64,000 nucleotides of DNA from Eledone cirrhosa (lineage: Eukaryota), in the NCBI GenBank assembly GCA_964016885.1, contig OZ024742.1, forward strand, positions 281,666,001 through 281,730,000, in the 5' to 3' direction. The notes under the pieces were generated by a model. The model had not been told where the DNA came from. It made no database searches and saw nothing but the letters and a program-made list of their open reading frames with translations. Positions 56,285 through 64,000 of the stretch are shown here, in pieces. Position 1 is the stretch's first letter; each line of letters starts with the position of its first letter. The position numbers were made by a program, and so were the translations under genes.

Positions 56285-56705
56285 CCTTGTCTGGCTTTCT
56301 GGAGAATAGAGGAAAGGTGTTTCCTCAAAAACCAGTATGACTCTAAAAACCGGTTTGTCTGTGTGTTTACATACAGAATAGCTGGACACTCACAGTAAAG
56401 TGACCAGTGAAAAACTTGGTACATCTACATATGTATACGTGTGTGTATTCATATGCATACTAGTATTTCAGTATACATATGTGGATGTACATTTTTAACT
56501 TAATTGTTTAAGCGTCAGTCATACAAAAGTGAGTTACAAACGAAACGAAATTTAATTTCGTTTCGTCATTTGTTTTTATCGTCTCCGTTCAACCGGTACG
56601 TACTCACACTCTATGCAAATTAGTCTGCCCACTACTAATTTTCATAGAAAAAGCATATAACGATATGTGCTTTTACGATTCTCCAGAAAGGCCGGAAGAT
56701 AGGTA

Positions 56706-56750
56706 AATATTGCTGATGAGTTGTAACAACAACGAAACTAGTTCAATATT
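56706..56750 (+). ncRNA. Type I hammerhead ribozyme (family B)
   Basis: Identical motif one unit downstream. Confidence 0.9.
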
Positions 56751-57115
56751 CCTTGTCTGGCTTTCTGGAGAATAGAGGAAAGGTGTTTCCTCAAAAACCA
56801 GTATGACTCTAAAAACCGGTTTGTCTGTGTGTTTACATACAGAATAGCTGGACACTCACAGTAAAGTGACCAGTGAAAAACTTGGTACATCTACATATGT
56901 ATACGTGTGTGTATTCATATGCATACTAGTATTTCAGTATATATATGTGGATGTACATTTTTAACTTAATTGTTTAAGCGTCAGTCATACAAAAGTGAGT
57001 TACAAACGAAACGAAATTTAATTTCGTTTCGTTATTTGTTTTTATATATATATATATATATATAATAAAATATATTTTGATTACGTTGAATGTCTATATT
57101 TATTAATACTTTGAA

Positions 57116-57177
<62 letters not shown>

Positions 57178-57218
57178 TTCAAAATATGAATAAATATAGA
57201 CATTCAACGTAATCAAAA

Positions 57219-57290
57219 TATATTTTATTATATATATTTCGGAGGTATTCTGGTGTTTTTTTTCAGTACGTCCTCATCAGATAAAATATA
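57219..57290 (-). ncRNA. Type I hammerhead ribozyme in an orphan PLE-like 3' fragment
   Basis: tatattttat-CTGATGA-gga.c.gta.ctg..cag.aa.tac.c.tcc-GAAA-tatata-TA-ataaaatata, with a 10-bp stem I. Confidence 0.88.
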
Positions 57291-58157
57291 TAAATTGATG
57301 TGTGACATAACTCAACTGCGCCGATGGTTCAATTCCAGTCTTTGCAGAGATTAATTACAACAAAACTCAATATTCATGTACCATAAGTACTAAAACTAAA
57401 TATAATGGAGAGGGTGAGTAGGAGAAAGTGTAAAAAAAATAAATAAATACATAAAAAATAATTACATAAACACATAAATGTTAAATATCCCTTATATACA
57501 GATAAAATTGACCAGTGGTCGCTTCGATGATTCGAACCTTATTCCTTTCAGCCGGATATACACTCATATGTACGTATGTATGTATGTACCAAAAGAATGC
57601 GGTCCGGGACTATGTCAGCGACACCATGGCTTGCGCTGGAATTTCATGTGACGAATTGGTGAAATATGGCTTAGGAGCGTGTGAAGTGGAGACGTTTGAT
57701 CAAGTCAGGTAGTAAACACTTTGAAACTCGTCGCAGAGAACACCTACCACTGAAAAGGAAGGTAAGGAAAAGAGACTGTTCTGAACTGCCTGCTGTTTAA
57801 CATTATCTGGTTTGCCAGCACTGTGGTCGAGTCTGACTGAGCAAAGCTGGTTTGACTAGACACGAACAAAGTCATATCAGTAGACCTCATGTAGATTATG
57901 ATCTGAAAGGTGTAAGGAATGTGGCAAGGAATGTGCTAGCATGGGAGGTCTTAAAAGACACTTCAGAACACACAGCCAGAACAGAGCAATGGAAAGTGCC
58001 GCAGGTGCCTACAGTTGCCATCTATGTGCCATGTATGAGCCACATTCTTGAGCATTTTAACGGGCGATGGCAATGCTCGAACACGAGTTTGCAGCTATCA
58101 TGTATGTACGTACGTATGTAAGTAAGTATGTATGTGTGTATGTATGTTTGTATGTGC

Positions 58158-58206
<49 letters not shown>

Positions 58207-59977
58207 TGCATGTATGTGTATACAGTATATATATTTTGCTTTGCTTTATTTTCGAGCGTTTAGAAAGCCGTTGCACTGAACTTGCCAAACGAAGACGAAA
58301 TAATGAACATATCCTGTTTGACCTAAAATACCAACATGTATGTTAAAATATCAGCTCGGTTTGAGATAACAATTATGTTATATGAATGCATAGGGAATAA
58401 TGATGGTTTTGCATCATGGTAATTTAATTAAATTTGATTTCGTTTTGTATAAGGACAGATCACAATAACTAATGTAATCTTAAATCATACCTGTATCCCC
58501 TCCCTCAGGAAATACGTTTGATCATAGGTATACTGTGATCAGTTTTTATCTATAAATATACGACTACATCGCAAGCAACAGCAAGAATATCAAGCTTATC
58601 AATAATAAAAATGACAATATTTATCTTCAACATCAGTTCGTGAACTATATGAAAACTGCAACTCAAATTCCATGTAGGTGAATGCACATTATGCTTATTA
58701 GACTCGCTTTTTCTGTAAAGTTCTGATTTTGTTTGATGTAAGTAGCGTTTGACTATTAACCCCCCATTGTAAAGTACTTATTTTCTAATAAACGACCAAT
58801 TAGCTGTGAAACATGAAAAGTGATCTCTGAAGTTTTTTTGTTTTTTTTAATTCTCTTTACGAAAATAATAACAAAGTTTTTCTCTTTCACGATTTCTAAG
58901 GGAAGTTCATAAACTATACACGTAGTTGCACCTATATTTATCTTGGATGTTCTAATATACACTCTTTGTTATTTTAATGAAGATTAGAATGATAAATGTA
59001 ATAAACCAGCTATGTGTGTGTGAACGTGTGTGTGTGCATGTGTGTTTATGCGTGTATTTTTAATAGCTATAATAGTATTCTTATGATGTAATTGCTTCGG
59101 TTTCAACACACATTATCCGAGATCAATTCACTTGCAACATAATCACAACTCTACAAGAAGTGCAATTTTAATATGCTATTATATTGCAAAGGAAATTATG
59201 GAAGGGTCACGGCTGGAACACGTTTATTCAAATGCTCGCTCGATCAGAGTTGAACAGGTCTTAAACAACAACAGTAACAGCAGCGCCAACAGTGGCGTCG
59301 AAAGCCATTGCAAAAGCCATAACAATCACAGTGTCAGATGGGAAGGTTAAAATTGTAAACAACTGCAAATTTGATTAAATATACAAGTACCCTCCGATAT
59401 TAATCAACAACAACAGCAACAATAACATTACCACTACTACCAAAACTACACCACCAGTTTCACTACTACCATCATCAACACGCCTATTACCATTGCCGCC
59501 AACAAAAATAGGAACACCGTCACATTTTCATTACCAACACCAACACCAACACCAAAAGAAAGCACCATCACATCTTCTCGAAGACCACCACATCCAACAG
59601 AGACATCAACTACCATCAACAATATCACCAATCCCACCATCATTACGAAGAGCACCACCACTAGTAGGGTCATCGTCATATATTCACTCCGGTTACAATA
59701 TCCATCACACTTTCACAACCACCATTATGGCATCCATTGCTTTGTCACCACGAACATCAACACAATCAAACCCACCAACAAGAGCGGCACCGCTATATAT
59801 TTCATCAACGTCCACATCATTGCCACAGCTTCAACCAATAATACCAACAACATCACATACGATGCCAACTTCTCAATCTCACCTCTATACTCCGAACAAT
59901 AGCTTACCAACATTATCACCACCATAGCTTGCCAGCCACCAACATCTCAATCAGCTAAGCTTACCAACTACTAACGT

Positions 59978-60335
59978 CACTACCATGAACATCACAGACA
60001 ATGCTAAACTCTCATTCCCATTACTAAACCAACTACAGCCTCACCACCACTATAGCTTAGCAAGCTCCACCCCTCTTGCCGTAGCTTACCACTCACAAAC
60101 ACTTAACTGACCAACCGCCAACATAGTCACTACCATGAACATCACAGACAATGCTAAACTCTCATTCCCATTACTAAACCAACTACAGCCTCACCACCAC
60201 TATAGCTTAGCAAGCTCCATCCCTCTTGCCGTAGCTTACCACTCACAAACACTTAACTGACCAACCGCCAACATAGTCACCACCATGAGCAAGACATACA
60301 GTATTAAACTCTCATTCCCGTTACTAAACCAACAT
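59978..60335. repeat. 150-bp tandem duplication (about 2.3 copies)
   Basis: taccatgaacatcacagac at 59981 and 60131; diverged partial third copy at 60281. Confidence 0.9.
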
Positions 60336-60930
60336 CAACAATGCGAACAACAGCAATCTGTCCCAATGCCACCACCAACACCACCACCACCAACAACAAC
60401 AAGAGGAAAAACAGCAACAACAAGGAAAACATCAATAACATCCTGTCCGCGTCTTATAGAAGGAAATCTGCAGGTTAGCATTATTTCCAAGCGGGCAGTG
60501 ATATAAGGTGATATATTATATGAGACTTATTAAATTACAACATGTTTTGACACCCGGCTTTAACAATTTTTGACAAGTGGAAGCGTTTATTGCCGGCATA
60601 TTCTGTAGAGTTTGATGTTTATTGCCGTTATACTTCTCAATAGCAGTCTCTTATAAAATGGCGCACCACATCAACATATAATCTTCTATATCACGCCATA
60701 ATATATTCGCAGTGAACTGCAACGACGATAAACAATTAAACGAATGATAGTCTATGTACTGTATATAATGTAGATAATGCATATATGGAAGCAAACAACT
60801 GTCACATAAGCACACACATGAATATGTATGTATGCATGTATGTATGTATGTATACATGTATGTATGTATGCATGTATATATGAATGTATGTAAGTACGTA
60901 TGTATATATGTATGTATTTATCTCTCTCTG

Positions 60931-60966
<36 letters not shown>

Positions 60967-61020
60967 AAAGGGAAATAGAAATAACAACACAATCGGTACA
61001 GTATATGGAATATATATATT

Positions 61021-61077
<57 letters not shown>

Positions 61078-61715
61078 CATTTCTATCCCTCAATCTCTCA
61101 TAGCTTCTATACAAACAATTGTATGAAAATGCATAGAAATATACATACATCCATTCATGCATGTGTGTATATATATCTGGAAGAGAGGTGTATCTATATA
61201 TGGTGTATAGTCTGTGTGCCTATGTCCGTATGTATAGATAAACACATACATACACAACTACTTAGACAAATAAGTGTTGCTTCGTTTCTTGTCCGTATGG
61301 CGTGATCCGGTTATAATGAAAACGAATGAAATAGATGATACTGAATTTTTCGACTAACTCCATTCCTCTATTCCCTTATTTTTCCATTCTTTTATTTCTC
61401 TATTCCTATTTCATTCTCTTGTATTCCATTTTAATCTATTTGTCCACGCTTCTGATGATCCATTCGTATTCTTTTTATTATATTATATTCCCTTCCATCC
61501 ACCATTTTCTCCTACCTTGATTCATTCACGATACCATTTTCATATGGACTGTTTAATTAAAACATCTCATATAGAGAGGATTTAGACTACAACAAGCTTC
61601 ATTATATATTCGTGTTGTAGTTGGTATTAGAGGCATTTTGAATCTGTCAAAGCTATGATAAATCCGACTGGTTTGTATTAGGATTGGGACCGAGATCAGA
61701 AGATAAAAGAATGTG

Positions 61716-62650
<935 letters not shown>

Positions 62651-62654
<4 letters not shown>

Positions 62655-64000
62655 ATACTTTGGGAGGGTCATGTTGCCAATAAGAAACACACGCACCAGC
62701 TGCGTTCACTTCAATTTATTATAATACATTTATAGATTAGGAATTTATAAATTTCCGGTTGGTTGGTTGGTTCCACAACCAGATGGTTGTTTATATATAT
62801 TGTCAAAGTTCTTTCGTCACACATTCTGTGACCTCCTCAGTGACTGGGGATTCTTTTCTTTGTTTGTGTGCCTCTCCTTTGTTCTGTCCTACGCCATTTT
62901 GTTTATATGTGTGTGTTGTGTGCTCAGTCTGCGCATGCGCCACATCCGGGTGTCTGTGTGTGTTTATATTCGTTTATTTATTTGTTTATTTACATGTTAC
63001 AGGTTGGTTGTTTGTTCTATGTGCGTGTGTGTTTTCATTTTGTCCTTAATTGTAAGTTGTGATGTTGCTGTTCCACTCATGTTTTCTATTTAATTTTTGT
63101 TGCGATTCTTTTATGTTTATTGCCTCTGTGATTTGTCTAAACATTGCGTCTTTTCTGTGTGTAGATTCTATTTTTATTTCTGTTCTCTAATTTACCCTTA
63201 TGCTCTATTTTAGCATGTTGGTAGAGTACAGATGATTCTTTACTGTCTTGAAGGTCTCGCCAGTGTTCATTTATCCGTTCCCCTACACTACGAGCTGTCT
63301 CACCTATGTACACTATATTTTTTGTCTCTACATTGTCCTTCAGTACATCTTATGCTATATACTACATTTCTAGTTTTACAGTTAATATGGGGGCTTAATT
63401 TACAGATTATACATTTCTCATCTATACAGGGGGTTCTTTGAAAAGGGTATGTCTTGCTAATAAGTGTTTTTACGGAGGTACCTGGTCTTTCTACTATCTT
63501 AATATTGAGTTTATGTTTATCTAGGGCCCTTCTAAATGTGTATGATAATTCACCTCTAGGGGTTGTATCGATGAACATTACACTCTGGTATTTATTGCTA
63601 TCATACCATGAGTTTATTCTAATAGCCTTATTCCTAGTTCTTTCTATTATATTCCAAAATTTGCTCCTATACAAGGGGCAGGTCCCATTTGTGTCATTAT
63701 TTACCATATTTTCCCATTTGGTTCTGGCTCCTCTATACACTCTGATTTTATCTCTCTGATTGTAACCAGAGAACTGCATACAGTGGATGAAGTGTTGTAT
63801 GTGTCTCTCTAGTTCTTCGGGGTTGCACATGCGGGACACGTTTCTCATAACCCGTACCAAATCCGCAATCAGTATGTTGATTTTGGTATGGTATGAAACA
63901 GCTGAGTTTCGGTGGATCAGATATTTGGAAGTCATGGGTTTGGCATAATGAGAATGGAGGATTTGTTTTTTTGTTATTAATGGTATCTAACCAGAGCTCT
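62651..64000 (-). mobile_element. 3' part of a fourth PLE family (PLE4): RT thumb, Cys linker, frameshifted GIY-YIG, 3' UTR with HHR
   Basis: ..KPMTSKYLIHRNSA..SGY..PLYR..CIDEKCIIC..NCKTRNVVYSIRC..C, then a shifted frame VYIGETARSVGERINEH..QH..EH..RQITEAINI..LNRKHEW. Ends in (TA)n. Confidence 0.85.
62802..62844 (-). ncRNA. Type I hammerhead motif in PLE4 3' end
   Basis: gtca-CTGAGGA-g.gtcac.agaatgt.gtgac-GAAA-gaac-TT-tgac. Confidence 0.7.

Larger units (their letters stand above)
55166..57043. mobile_element. HHR tandem repeat family B (466-bp unit): about 1.5 units minus-sense plus about 2.5 units plus-sense, inversion junction at 55878/55879
   Basis: HHR cores at 56247 and 56713 are 466 bp apart. 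Units are nearly identical. (TA)n on both outer ends. Confidence 0.9.

Noticed and set aside
62651-64000. Assignment of PLE4 to the Naiad/Chlamys clade
   Set aside because: Those elements have an N-terminal endonuclease. Here the GIY-YIG is C-terminal and an HHR is present.

Overview
AT-rich, microsatellite-dense eukaryotic intergenic or intronic DNA. The (TA)n/(CA)n/(GA)n load and the SINEs suggest an octopod cephalopod, but this is inference. No host protein-coding gene is supported, and most ORF-track entries are microsatellite or antisense artefacts. The window is dominated by Penelope-like retroelements (PLEs; RT plus C-terminal GIY-YIG) of at least four families: a near-identical head-to-head pair at 3432-11141, an element at 11142-15770, a C-rich family at 32412-36842 and 17910-19645, and a 3' part at 62651-64000. 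There are also LINE remnants, tRNA-derived SINEs and Helitron/MITE-like ends. Reading both strands by eye reveals about 23 type I hammerhead ribozyme (HHR) motifs. Some sit in PLE pseudo-LTRs. Others sit in three families of non-coding tandem repeats with 420-690 bp units (retrozyme-like). Families A and B share an octamer-containing upstream block and a 3' hairpin followed by a T-run, A and C share a 3' terminal motif, and all three insert into (TA)n, often as head-to-head inversions. The main candidate novelty is this PLE / HHR-repeat parasite system. A second is a two-ORF PLE whose RT frame is reachable through an in-frame U_UUU_UUA -1 slippery site.
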